The notes: generated by a model not told the origin, from the sequence alone. Counted from the stretch's first letter, positions 41,701-50,083 are shown. The stretch is DNA of 64,000 nt from a virus (IMGVR_UViG_3300025416_000002:1-64000); one strand, 5' to 3'. A program made the numbers and translations.

Positions 41701-41930
41701 TTGATCCGAATATCTTCATATCAGGAGTCAGTGTCGTACCTTACTACAAGCAGTCTCCATACTATGCCGAACTGAATATTGACTACATCGGTGTAAGTAA
41801 AACCAACGAGGTTAGTGTACGCAGAGCAGTAGAGAATAAGCCGTACTTCCAGAACAACACAGGTATTTACCCATCACGTTTTGGTATTCCTACTGTAGTT
41901 GGACCAAACGTTGGGTACGTCGTCGGTTGA
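38775..41930 (+). CDS. Large baseplate/peripheral wedge protein (1051 aa)
   Basis: Last gene of the structural block; multiple beta-sandwich-like segments. Confidence 0.7.
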   Translation: MSIIPNNIDPLQEYVSGGIYPPLTVDGLVYNKVYAQTGVIDVLSNTQKTGYTDPSTNVINGNNNSIVFGQNQETSWISSAQFGGPGSISVVLTYNFNTTSYYNYVSLDVLNVPCFVELGYIINGNWNALPGASTFVINGGNNIYTQSDFLLLQYQAPSTQGSPNLSVRITRNQNVQSISNGIPTNIAYSVGVQNVTVRLQVLQSSDVPSGVLKNASGIITQNRLGFIENYSYQNYPVSNAFNTGTNYWKSAPQPTADSVVYFYAKINDTTATSINRLYIDPLYSTSRFNIYFTTNTTSGGLIDPDTFTWTPIQRDFILRKGLYDLPTVSATYLKFEFVQLVPEAYDLPIDSVTRTINVFPADVEDYYYQLESMILDGDSTQYSYIGNNINPQTATTTSLNASTLFGLSSNTVANANTWPSLSALNASQYGNSTTVALNTNSYIIDPTMSYKTIDNNGNYNGVAYNQFLQRRFPNARTHAYTQITLEQNWHEAYFTGIQYLTAFYEQQYDDIRSTPTNLYATNGTTSGFNSQNVNYVGLQPDDIATTSWYPTIDSFKSFNIGAITSDWNSFLSDSQVLMNSSSVLQNTYNCTASAVGNFGNSTIVSVQQLTHGTPYNIRSGSYQTSTNEISYTDANFLTLTSWSGLGGTTITGTLVSWASGTNNGTASGLSVSGGTYSAAYNFTIPGVVASGTTPWEVQLAVPAYGVVGLGSYVPSISGNSGAINYYFYTGVQVSGTAAGISNVNGSISGSTRFVNPTTGAAISGTTVTGTTANFVSGTSSNLGYVTSTNYTTSGYPSNTIQFVVSGSGTGAYDLYQLGVFPTPTTQWVSPQDRKYMRVSGVARIFLPFTDLGTYRISLFATSSTGVLTELVYKQFNPGYIPLNTWFDVELETFTGDNYTQFYVEVQQVNGTINEVFYVAMLSPFYHPVRFEYTTISGSTYPNNYQFITGPIGNSDYFVSTISGLPASGIQLRMTSLDPNIFISGVSVVPYYKQSPYYAELNIDYIGVSKTNEVSVRRAVENKPYFQNNTGIYPSRFGIPTVVGPNVGYVVG

Positions 41931-41955
41931 ACTTTTCTATCAGTCATGATATGAT
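41927..41955 (+). promoter_or_regulatory. Housekeeping-sigma promoter for the SNF2 gene
   Basis: TTGAAC-17 bp-TATGAT with TG extension. Confidence 0.7.
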
Positions 41956-41961
41956 TGGTGC

Positions 41962-43821
41962 ATGAGTTCAGAAAAAGTTATATATGTACAGAGAAGTGAA
42001 GTTCTCAATGGAGTACTAAGATATAGCAGTTTGGACCCAGAAGTCAAGAAATTATTTTCACTAGATTCCTACGGTACTCTTCGGGATCGTGACAAGATCA
42101 GCTTTTTTGATGACTTGATCAGGTATAACGGTTACGAACTTGAGTTTGAAAACGACGAAGCCAAAGAACGGTACTACTCCCTCTTGGCATGCAGTAAGGA
42201 ACCTTTTGAAGTAAACAGTCCTTTCTTGGATGACCACAAACTCTTTCCCTTCCAGCATGTTGGTTTGAACTACGTCTGGGAACAGATTCATTCAGATAAG
42301 CCACGAGTCCTTGTCCAGTGGGACACAGGTGCTGGCAAGACCCTCCTCAGCTGCTTGACCAGTCAGAAGCTTTTCGACAACGGTGACATTGACATGGTCC
42401 TTGTCTTCTGTAAGAAGATCAAGCAGTACGACTGGGAGCAAGAGTACAAGCGGATGACTCACCTGACCGTCGATCGTGTCGGTGAGAAGATGACCCGTGC
42501 CAAGAGGCACGCCTTCTATGAGCAGAACAAGTCGCAGGTGCTCGTATTGAACTACGAGAAGGTCCGCGATGGGTCAATGAAGAAAGTCAAGGGTCAGCGT
42601 CGTCGTGTCAAGTCATATGACCGCACCGATCTAGAGCAGATCCTGGAGATGGTCAAGGATAAGCGTGTTCTTATCGTCATCGACGAATCTCAGAAGATCA
42701 ACACTGGTACCAGCCTGCTGAGCGATGGTTTCTATAAGCTCATCAACGAGTCAGCGACCCACTCACGAGTGCTGGCATTGACCGCTACACCATACACCAC
42801 CAGCCCATTGAACATCCGCAACATCATGGCCGTGGTTGCCCCTGGTATCCCTGACGTAAGCGACATGAACCGTGACAAGTTCAAGGCAATGTACGGCAAA
42901 GACTTCGGTTACTTCAACAACGGCTTTGTCCAGGAAGTATACGTGAAGGAATGGGATCGTACGAAGCTCCCCATCCTTGGTAAGAAGCACGAGGACTGGA
43001 CGCACATCGCTATGAAGAGCGACCCCAGCATCGCTGCTCAGTTCCCTGAGAGTATGCCCAAGCGTCTGGTGTACGAGCTCTCTGACATCGACCGTGAAAT
43101 CTACGATTGGGCTGAGGAACGTGCTCGTGAGAAGTACAACCCAGACAACCCTGTAGCCAACTGGTCTTACATCGACATGCTTCGGATGATCTGTAACTCT
43201 ACCGAAGGGCTCAAGAACAGTGACAGCCGCTTCGCCAAGGAGATTGTCGCAGAGTTTGGCTCAGACATCAGTATTGCCAACAGCTCGAAGTACCAGCTGA
43301 TCGAAGGCAACCTCGAATCGTACATCGAAAACGGTGACAAGTCTGTACTGTTTACCTTCTGGACGCACGGCACCCTGTTCCCCTACCTAGAAGCCTTGCG
43401 TGCGAAGTTCTCAGATGTACCAATCCTGCCTATCTGGGGTGTTGGCATGAGCAGTGATGAAGTAACCAAGAACATCAAGACATTCAACGAAACCAAGGGG
43501 CCAGCCATCCTGATTACCAGTGACGTTGGCCAGGAAGGATTGAACCTGTATGCGCCATACCTCTGGAATATTGAAATTCCAAGGACTTATGCGGAATATA
43601 AACAAAGAGCTAACCGAATTAACCGAGCTGACTCGAAATCAAAGGGGATTAATCACACTTGGATCTACCGCCCAGTTGCGAGCAATACAATCGAAGAGCG
43701 AGTTGATAGTAAAGTTCTGCGAAGAAGAGCTGAGGCAGAATCTATCCGTGGAGTAGTGGACGAGCTTGGCGACATGGAAGACACAATCGATCTAACCCCT
43801 AAGGGTTTCCTGTTTAAATAA
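41962..43821 (+). CDS. SNF2/SF2-family helicase
   Basis: FPFQ, DTGAGKT, VIDESQ, LTATP, GQEGLNL, QRANRINR. Confidence 0.9.
   Translation: MSSEKVIYVQRSEVLNGVLRYSSLDPEVKKLFSLDSYGTLRDRDKISFFDDLIRYNGYELEFENDEAKERYYSLLACSKEPFEVNSPFLDDHKLFPFQHVGLNYVWEQIHSDKPRVLVQWDTGAGKTLLSCLTSQKLFDNGDIDMVLVFCKKIKQYDWEQEYKRMTHLTVDRVGEKMTRAKRHAFYEQNKSQVLVLNYEKVRDGSMKKVKGQRRRVKSYDRTDLEQILEMVKDKRVLIVIDESQKINTGTSLLSDGFYKLINESATHSRVLALTATPYTTSPLNIRNIMAVVAPGIPDVSDMNRDKFKAMYGKDFGYFNNGFVQEVYVKEWDRTKLPILGKKHEDWTHIAMKSDPSIAAQFPESMPKRLVYELSDIDREIYDWAEERAREKYNPDNPVANWSYIDMLRMICNSTEGLKNSDSRFAKEIVAEFGSDISIANSSKYQLIEGNLESYIENGDKSVLFTFWTHGTLFPYLEALRAKFSDVPILPIWGVGMSSDEVTKNIKTFNETKGPAILITSDVGQEGLNLYAPYLWNIEIPRTYAEYKQRANRINRADSKSKGINHTWIYRPVASNTIEERVDSKVLRRRAEAESIRGVVDELGDMEDTIDLTPKGFLFK
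43550..43756 (+). CDS. Candidate overprinted gene (+1 frame, 68 aa) inside the SNF2 helicase
   Basis: AGGAAGGA SD at 43532-43539; ATG; host codons switch to A/T endings over this interval. Confidence 0.55.
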   Translation: MRHTSGILKFQGLMRNINKELTELTELTRNQRGLITLGSTAQLRAIQSKSELIVKFCEEELRQNLSVE

Positions 43822-43889
43822 ACGAAAGGATTTAAAAAGGGTTAGAACTTGGTCCTAGGTATTGAAGAGATTCATTCTCAGAATCCTTC

Positions 43890-43958
43890 CCGTAGGGCCT
43901 GGTCTTCCTCGGGGGTTGCAGTCGACGTTCTGTTACGACTCCCCCCGAGGCCCTTCGG
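43890..43958 (+). ncRNA. Structured RNA element upstream of whiB
   Basis: Nested stems CCGTAGGGCC/GGCCCTTCGG, CCTCGGGGG/CCCCCGAGG and GTCG/CGAC. Confidence 0.5.
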
Positions 43959-43966
43959 TAAATATT

Positions 43967-44365
43967 ATGGAAAAAACAACCATTGACTATACGTGGCAAA
44001 GGCATTCACTCTGTGCCACAATGGATTTAAAGCTCTTCTACCCTCCACAAGGTAAAAGATATTCCACGGAAGCAGCAGCAGCCTGCGCATCGTGCCCAGT
44101 CAAGCAAGAGTGCATTGATCATGCGCTGAAGTATGAAGAGTATGGCTACTGGTCTGGCACCACACCCAAAGAACGGGAAGCAATGCGCAAGGAGCTGGGT
44201 GTTGAACTGGTCGATATCTCCTACGAGTCTAGCTTAGTTCTTGCAGAAGAGGTCCGCAAGCACGAAGAATTTACCAACAGCCTAAAAATTAAAGGCCGTG
44301 GAAGAAAGCCAAAAAGCTTGCTTTTGCAAGACACCAATGATACGATCATCTCGGAGAACGAATAA
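43967..44365 (+). CDS. whiB: WhiB-family Fe-S transcription factor
   Basis: C...CASC-PVKQE-C four-Cys pattern and GYWSG turn. Confidence 0.9.
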   Translation: MEKTTIDYTWQRHSLCATMDLKLFYPPQGKRYSTEAAAACASCPVKQECIDHALKYEEYGYWSGTTPKEREAMRKELGVELVDISYESSLVLAEEVRKHEEFTNSLKIKGRGRKPKSLLLQDTNDTIISENE

Positions 44366-44919
44366 TGTATTCTGAGATCACAGTGTTAACTGCCACAATT
44401 CCAGAGCGTATCGACATGCTCAAGGAATGCATCGAGTCAGTAGCCAACCAGACACTTAAGCCTGTGACGCACAACATCATCGTTGATGTTAACAAGCGGG
44501 GCAATCACTTTACATACAATGACTTGCTAAGCACCGTCAAGACTAAATGGTTGTGCTTCCTAGATGACGATGATGTGTTCTACCCGGACCACCTTGAGAA
44601 GCTAGTAAAGAATTCTGAAGGCTACGACATCGTATTTGCTAACGCAGATGTCAATGACCCACTCAATATCATCCGCTACAACGACAACAACTTCGATCCC
44701 AAGCAGCTTGCTGTTGAATCAGTTGTTCCGATTACAGCGTTAGTAAAGACTGCTGCAGTACTAGACGTTGGTGGGTTTGAGCCAGTGCAGAGCTGTGACT
44801 ATAAGCTATGGCGCAGCCTCTATTTTGCTGGATACAAGTTCAACAAGATCAATGATGTCACGTGGCGCTACCGTTTTCACGACACAAATTTTTCGCGTAA
44901 AGGTATTACGTGGAACTAA
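44365..44919 (+). CDS. GT2-family glycosyltransferase
   Basis: WLCFLDDDD DxD motif; CIESVANQT. Confidence 0.85.
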   Translation: MYSEITVLTATIPERIDMLKECIESVANQTLKPVTHNIIVDVNKRGNHFTYNDLLSTVKTKWLCFLDDDDVFYPDHLEKLVKNSEGYDIVFANADVNDPLNIIRYNDNNFDPKQLAVESVVPITALVKTAAVLDVGGFEPVQSCDYKLWRSLYFAGYKFNKINDVTWRYRFHDTNFSRKGITWN

Positions 44920-44934
44920 CTTATAGTGTATAAT
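44906..44934 (+). promoter_or_regulatory. Probable promoter for the glycan cassette
   Basis: TATAAT at 44929-44934; weak -35 TTACGT 17 bp upstream. Confidence 0.45.
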
Positions 44935-44957
44935 CTTAGAAAGAACAAAGGATAAAA

Positions 44958-46247
44958 ATGGCAACGCAAAAGCTTAGAGTTTTAGCATGGGGTGACTACG
45001 CATGTAGCACCGGTTTTGGTACAGTCATGCGCAACATCATGAGCGAGCTCAACAGTACTAACAAGTATGAGATCGACGTTATTGGTGTTAACTACGATGG
45101 TGGCCCCTACGACACTAAGAAGTGGCCAGGTACTCTCTGGCCTGCTATCAGTGCTCTTCGCACGCAAGGCCCATACGGTGATGTGTTCGGTCGTCAGGTT
45201 TTCCTTGACATGCTCTCGCAGCGTGACTACGACATCGTGTTCATCATCCAGGACACCTTCATCGTTTTGCCTATTGCTCAGCAGATCCTGGAGATCCAGC
45301 GCACAAAGCCTAAGACGTTCTCTACCATCTACTACTACCCGTTTGACTGTGGTCCCCGTGAAGAGTGGGTAACCCAGTGCGTAGCAGCCATGGACTTCCC
45401 CGTTGCTTACACTGAGTATGCCAAGGAAGAGTCTCGCAAGTTTGTTGGCCGCTTTGCTGACAAGATTGACGTTGTGTATCACGGTACGAACACCAAGGAC
45501 TTCTATCCACTCACACCTACGCAGAAGATCGAAGCACGCAATACGATCTTCCCAGAGGTAATTCGTGACAAGTTCATCGTCACCAACGTGAACCGTAACC
45601 AGGGCCGTAAGGACATCTCTCGTAGCCTCATGATCATGAAGGAACTGGTTAACCGTGGCGTAGATGATGTCTTCCTTTACATGCACATGCAGGAAACAGA
45701 CTTCGGTGGCAGCATCATCCAGATGGCTACCGCCATGGGACTTGACCCTAACCGTCACTTCACCATTCCAGACCCACGCCAGTTCGGTGCACACAGTGGA
45801 TTCCCCATTGAATTCCTCAACGGTATCTACAACGCTAGTGACGCCTACCTCACCACTACACACGGTGAAGGCTGGGGCTTGAGCATCACCGAAGCAATGG
45901 CTACCAAGCTTCCTGTTATCGGACCACGTAACACGAGTCTCCCTGAGATCCTTGGCGAGAACAGCGAGCGTGGTTGGTTGGTCAACAGTGGCCACACTCC
46001 ATCGCACTGGATCATCAAGGACAACGACAACGAGCGTATGCGTCCCTTGATGAGCGTTGAGGAAGCAGCAGATGCTATCCTTTACGTGAAGAACAATCCA
46101 GCAGAAGCGCAGGAGAAGGTCGAGCTTGCGTACGACTGGATTCAGGAGCACACATGGAAGCATGTCTGCAAGCAATGGCTTGGCATTTTTGATAAAGCTG
46201 TTGCCAAGACAAAGGCAGCCAACTTATCGTGGAAGGAAACAAAGTGA
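44958..46247 (+). CDS. GT4-type (GT-B) glycosyltransferase
   Basis: NRNQGRK and GEGWGLSITEAMA (Ex7E) motifs. Confidence 0.9.
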   Translation: MATQKLRVLAWGDYACSTGFGTVMRNIMSELNSTNKYEIDVIGVNYDGGPYDTKKWPGTLWPAISALRTQGPYGDVFGRQVFLDMLSQRDYDIVFIIQDTFIVLPIAQQILEIQRTKPKTFSTIYYYPFDCGPREEWVTQCVAAMDFPVAYTEYAKEESRKFVGRFADKIDVVYHGTNTKDFYPLTPTQKIEARNTIFPEVIRDKFIVTNVNRNQGRKDISRSLMIMKELVNRGVDDVFLYMHMQETDFGGSIIQMATAMGLDPNRHFTIPDPRQFGAHSGFPIEFLNGIYNASDAYLTTTHGEGWGLSITEAMATKLPVIGPRNTSLPEILGENSERGWLVNSGHTPSHWIIKDNDNERMRPLMSVEEAADAILYVKNNPAEAQEKVELAYDWIQEHTWKHVCKQWLGIFDKAVAKTKAANLSWKETK

Positions 46248-46900
46248 GATCACAAGTACTTCTAATTGTTCCCACTCGCAGTCGACCAGAAAAGTCACTG
46301 GAGTTTTACGAAGCGTTCCGTGAGAACTCGAGCATCACAGACTTACTGTTTGCACTGGATGATGACGATGTTGAGTACCCGCAGATCGAGGGTGCTCAGT
46401 ATGAAATCAATCCACGCATGGGTATGAATGGTACTCTAAACTATGTAGCGAACAAGTACGCTGAAGAATATGACTACCTCGCATTCATGGGGGATGACCA
46501 CCGCATCCGCACAAAGGATTGGGATAAGGATCTCGTAGCATCAATCACCGGTTTTGAGAATGGTGTTGCGTATGGCAACGACCTTCTTCAGGGTAGCAAC
46601 TTGCCCACTGCAGTTCTTATGGACGCTCACATTGTTCGTAAGTTAGGGTACATGGCACCACCTAAGCAACGCCACCTTTACCTGGATGACTTTTGGAAGG
46701 AACTTGGCAACGCTCTAGGCACCTTGAGATACAGTCCTGGCGTAATCATTGAGCACCTGCACTTCACCAACGGTAAGGCAGACAGCGACGCTCTGTACCA
46801 AGAGGTTAATGCACCAGAACTTTATAACAAAGATCGTGAAGCATACAACGAATATCTTGCCAATGATTTCAATTCTGATTTAGAAAAGTTAAAGAGCTAA
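46244..46900 (+). CDS. GT-A fold glycosyltransferase
   Basis: IVPTRSRP and FMGDDH motifs; IEHLH; GTG start after an AAGGAA SD. Confidence 0.8.
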   Translation: MRSQVLLIVPTRSRPEKSLEFYEAFRENSSITDLLFALDDDDVEYPQIEGAQYEINPRMGMNGTLNYVANKYAEEYDYLAFMGDDHRIRTKDWDKDLVASITGFENGVAYGNDLLQGSNLPTAVLMDAHIVRKLGYMAPPKQRHLYLDDFWKELGNALGTLRYSPGVIIEHLHFTNGKADSDALYQEVNAPELYNKDREAYNEYLANDFNSDLEKLKS

Positions 46901-46901
46901 C

Positions 46902-47453
46902 ATGATTAAAAGATTGCGTGAAAAATACTCTGATGAAGAACTATCGCGTATTTATAGTACGCCACATCAGTCGTGGAAAGACACAGATCACAACATACGC
47001 GTAGAAAGAACGATCGAATTCATTGACAAGAACTTTGATAGCATTAAAAATGCAGCAGACTTATCAGCAGGTGATGCTCGTATTATCAACTCTATCAAGA
47101 TCGAAGGCGATAAATATATTGGTGATTTCGCACCAGGCTATGATCTGACAGGGCCGATTGAAAAAACTTTATTGGAGATACCAAAAGTAGATCTGTTCAT
47201 CAATTCAGAAACCCTAGAACACATGGATGATCCTCAGGATGTTCTCAATAGAATTAGAGAGAAAACCGATCACCTTGTTCTTTCCACTCCTGTCGGCAAG
47301 TTCAACGATACGAACCCTGAACACTACTGGGCATGGGATTATGAGGGCATTGAAGAACTGCTTAACAAGGCTGGTTTCACTGTATTCGATAGCGACGTAG
47401 TTTATCTCGCTGATCAATTCGTTTATGACTTTCAACTAGTGGCTTGCAGATAG
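46902..47453 (+). CDS. Class I SAM-dependent methyltransferase-like protein
   Basis: ADLSAGDA motif I and SETLEHMDDP...LVLSTP. Confidence 0.7.
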   Translation: MIKRLREKYSDEELSRIYSTPHQSWKDTDHNIRVERTIEFIDKNFDSIKNAADLSAGDARIINSIKIEGDKYIGDFAPGYDLTGPIEKTLLEIPKVDLFINSETLEHMDDPQDVLNRIREKTDHLVLSTPVGKFNDTNPEHYWAWDYEGIEELLNKAGFTVFDSDVVYLADQFVYDFQLVACR

Positions 47454-47454
47454 C

Positions 47455-48267
47455 ATGACAGTGCGCATGGTTGATAAGTACCCAGGATCAAAAGCCTGGC
47501 AGTACAATTTCGATGCCCCAGAAGGATACTGGCCAGCAAACTGCAACGTATATGTTGGAGATGGTAAGCCAGCTATCGTAGTTACCTGTAGGAACCTATC
47601 TATTGGCGACGACTATCAGCCAGTATGGGGAGAGCAAGGTGTTATTAGAACTAGAAGTTACTTTGCTTTTGTCGATGATGAGTTCAACCCAATCAGTGAA
47701 TGGAAAGAGCTGGATCAGCCAAACGTAGATGTTCACTTCCCAGCTGTTCGTGGAGCTGAAGACCCACGTCTTTACTACCGTGATGGCAAGTGGATGTGGG
47801 CTGGAACAATCCGTGAACACCACCCCAGTGGAGATCCAAGAGTCTGTGTCGGCACCGTTGATGATGGTATGCTATACATTGTTGATGGTAATGGATGGGT
47901 GAAGAACCAGATGCCGACCACGGTTGACAATCCTGAGTTCATTGATTCAGATACACCACGTACACCTCACTTGCATGGTGGTGGCGTGTTCCCATATGGT
48001 GATGGATACATTGGCATTTGTAAGGGCCACATGAATGCAACGTGGCCACATCGCACATACTTGAGCCAGTTTGCATTGTTCGATGCTGCAGGGAACATCA
48101 CACACTTAACAGAGAAGTTCACAATGACTGAGTGCCCGATTGAAGTCGCAACCGGTTTGACATTGTATAAGGATGAATTGATTATTGGCTTTGGGTTAAT
48201 GGACCGAGAAGCCTGGCTGGCAAAGGTTCCTCTGGGACCTGTATTGGATAGTATGGTAGAACTATGA
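47455..48267 (+). CDS. GH130-like beta-propeller (glycosidase/phosphorylase/transferase)
   Basis: RGAEDPRLY, VKNQMP, HGGG and IIGFGLMDREAWL blade motifs. Confidence 0.7.
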   Translation: MTVRMVDKYPGSKAWQYNFDAPEGYWPANCNVYVGDGKPAIVVTCRNLSIGDDYQPVWGEQGVIRTRSYFAFVDDEFNPISEWKELDQPNVDVHFPAVRGAEDPRLYYRDGKWMWAGTIREHHPSGDPRVCVGTVDDGMLYIVDGNGWVKNQMPTTVDNPEFIDSDTPRTPHLHGGGVFPYGDGYIGICKGHMNATWPHRTYLSQFALFDAAGNITHLTEKFTMTECPIEVATGLTLYKDELIIGFGLMDREAWLAKVPLGPVLDSMVEL

Positions 48268-49133
48268 ACATTTTGATAACTGGACACAAGGGATTCGTCG
48301 GTAGATACTTCTGCAAGAAGTACGGAAGCGACCACGACATCACTGGCATTGACATCGTTGATGGTAACGATGCTAGAGAATTCTTCAGGATTAACAATCA
48401 ACACTACGATTTGGTAATCCACTTGGCAGCTGTTGTTGGCGGACGCATGACTATCGAAGGCGCACCGTTGTCAGTAGCTGTAGACCTTGCTATCGATGCT
48501 GAAATGTTTCAGTGGGCATTGCGTACAAAGCCAGGGCGCATCGTGTACTTCTCTAGCTCCGCTGCGTATCCCATTGAGTTGCAGACAAGAGACTCGGGCA
48601 TCAAGCTTCGTGAAGATGCTATTGACATCAACAACTTGAAGATGCCTGATCTTACGTACGGTTGGAGCAAACTGACTGGCGAATACCAGGCTCAGTTCGT
48701 GCAAGCAGAAGGTATTAAGATCAACGTCTTTAGGCCGTTCAGTGGTTATGGTGCTGATCAAGATCTTGCTTACCCTTTCCCATCGTTCATCAAGCGTGGG
48801 AAAGAGCTGCAAAACCCGTTTGAGATCTGGGGTGATGGCACACAGGTTAGAGATTTTATCCACATCACAGACATTGTAGACGCGGTAGATGAAGCGATTA
48901 GACAAGACGTGCAAGGCCCAGTAAACTTGGGCTGGGGTAGGTCAACTTCATTCAACGAGCTGGCTACAATGGTTGCTGATGCTGCAGGATATTCTCCAGA
49001 GATCAAGCACCTGGAAGCTGCTCCAACTGGCGTGATGTATAGAGTGTGTGATCCCGCTAAGATGTTGTCGTTTTATCAACCCAAGATCACACTCGAACAA
49101 GGGATTGAGGAGGCGTTACAGTATGACATTTGA
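48264..49133 (+). CDS. NAD-dependent NDP-sugar epimerase/dehydratase (extended SDR)
   Basis: ITGHKGFVG, HLAAVVGG, SSS, YGWSK, IWGDGTQVRDF. Confidence 0.9.
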   Translation: MNILITGHKGFVGRYFCKKYGSDHDITGIDIVDGNDAREFFRINNQHYDLVIHLAAVVGGRMTIEGAPLSVAVDLAIDAEMFQWALRTKPGRIVYFSSSAAYPIELQTRDSGIKLREDAIDINNLKMPDLTYGWSKLTGEYQAQFVQAEGIKINVFRPFSGYGADQDLAYPFPSFIKRGKELQNPFEIWGDGTQVRDFIHITDIVDAVDEAIRQDVQGPVNLGWGRSTSFNELATMVADAAGYSPEIKHLEAAPTGVMYRVCDPAKMLSFYQPKITLEQGIEEALQYDI

Positions 49134-49311
49134 AGAATGGCTTGATTATGGAGTGAAGCATGGGTACTGCACCGAGCAGTTCTGCGACACTCACGATGGC
49201 CCACCGATGCACGAAACCGAAGAAGACGCTTGGGACCGTGGTGGCGATCCCTGCATGCACATGGTGAGACTCGGGTCTTACGATGACTGGAACACAGGAG
49301 AAGAAGAATGA
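49123..49311 (+). CDS. Small Cys/His protein (62 aa)
   Basis: YC...CDTHDG...DPCMH; GAGGAGG SD upstream. Confidence 0.7.
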   Translation: MTFEEWLDYGVKHGYCTEQFCDTHDGPPMHETEEDAWDRGGDPCMHMVRLGSYDDWNTGEEE

Positions 49312-49439
49312 CAATTCTATGTGTGCTGGTATTCCCAGCAATCGCAATCGCAACGGTAGGATACTTTGTCTACCGTTGGAACAAAGGCGTGAGGGCAGGG
49401 ATCTTCCAGAAGGTCAAGTTCCCTAAGCGCAAGAAATAA
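49308..49439 (+). CDS. Small membrane protein (43 aa)
   Basis: One TM helix and basic tail; AGGAG SD; ATGA overlap. Confidence 0.6.
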   Translation: MTILCVLVFPAIAIATVGYFVYRWNKGVRAGIFQKVKFPKRKK

Positions 49440-49506
49440 TCCGAACGAAGCAAATACCGTAGATGCAGCAAGGGGCCTGGGTATGCCCCCTAACAACTAC
49501 CCACAA

Positions 49507-49580
49507 CTGGTAGTGGCTCAACTTGGTAGAGCGGTTGGTTTGGGTCCAACAGGTTGGGGGTTCAAATCCCTCCTACCAGA
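49507..49580 (+). tRNA. trnP: tRNA-Pro(UGG)
   Basis: Acceptor CTGGTAG/CTACCAG; anticodon loop TT-TGG-GT; TTCAAAT T-loop. Confidence 0.93.
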
Positions 49581-49587
49581 CGCATTA

Positions 49588-49659
49588 GCCCTTGTAGCTC
49601 AGAGGAAGAGCATCTGTTTTGTAATCAGAGGGTCGGGGGTTCAAATCCCTCCGGGGGCA
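49588..49659 (+). tRNA. trnT: tRNA-Thr(UGU)
   Basis: Acceptor GCCCTTG/CGGGGGC; loop TT-TGT-AA. Confidence 0.9.
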
Positions 49660-49661
49660 CT

Positions 49662-49889
49662 ATGACATTAAATCAAGCAGCGAAGATTATGCTGGAGTTG
49701 TGCAACATCCCAGCTACACCAAAGTTGATTGCAGCGTTTAGCAATTACTCGTCTAACAGTATGTACATCAAAGGCGTATTGAAGCAGGCAGCGCCACAGG
49801 CGAGCAGTATGAGTAACCCTGCGTATCAGCAGGCGATGGAAGTTTTGCGTTCCAACGGAATTGATGTTAATATCTTTGATACCAACTAA
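49662..49889 (+). CDS. Hypothetical protein (75 aa)
   Basis: ATG directly after tRNA-Thr; frame open to 49889. Confidence 0.55.
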   Translation: MTLNQAAKIMLELCNIPATPKLIAAFSNYSSNSMYIKGVLKQAAPQASSMSNPAYQQAMEVLRSNGIDVNIFDTN

Positions 49890-49901
49890 GTAGGAGTAAG
49901 T

Positions 49902-50078
49902 ATGCATCACGAAACCTGGTGGAGTATCCTCACCGATCCCAACCACCTCATTGCTGAAAGCATTGTGGGGTTAGTAGAAGAGCTCATCGTCTTTGGACTG
50001 GGTTATTACTTCGGTCGCAACAAGATCTGGAAGAAGATCCACAAGCAGTTCGATGAGGAACACAACATCGAGCACTAA
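49902..50078 (+). CDS. Small membrane protein (58 aa)
   Basis: AGGAG SD; one hydrophobic helix followed by a basic segment. Confidence 0.65.
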   Translation: MHHETWWSILTDPNHLIAESIVGLVEELIVFGLGYYFGRNKIWKKIHKQFDEEHNIEH

Positions 50079-50083
50079 GATTG

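Noticed and set aside
44982-46175. 397-aa minus-strand ORF, and similar long antisense ORFs (7196-7849, 35171-35917, 54239-54949, 57540-58154)
   Set aside because: They mirror strongly biased + strand genes, have no SD or recognisable motifs, and are expected artefacts of codon bias
49441-49500. Possible fifth tRNA before tRNA-Pro
   Set aside because: Only a short GGGGC/GCCCC hairpin, with no cloverleaf or T-loop
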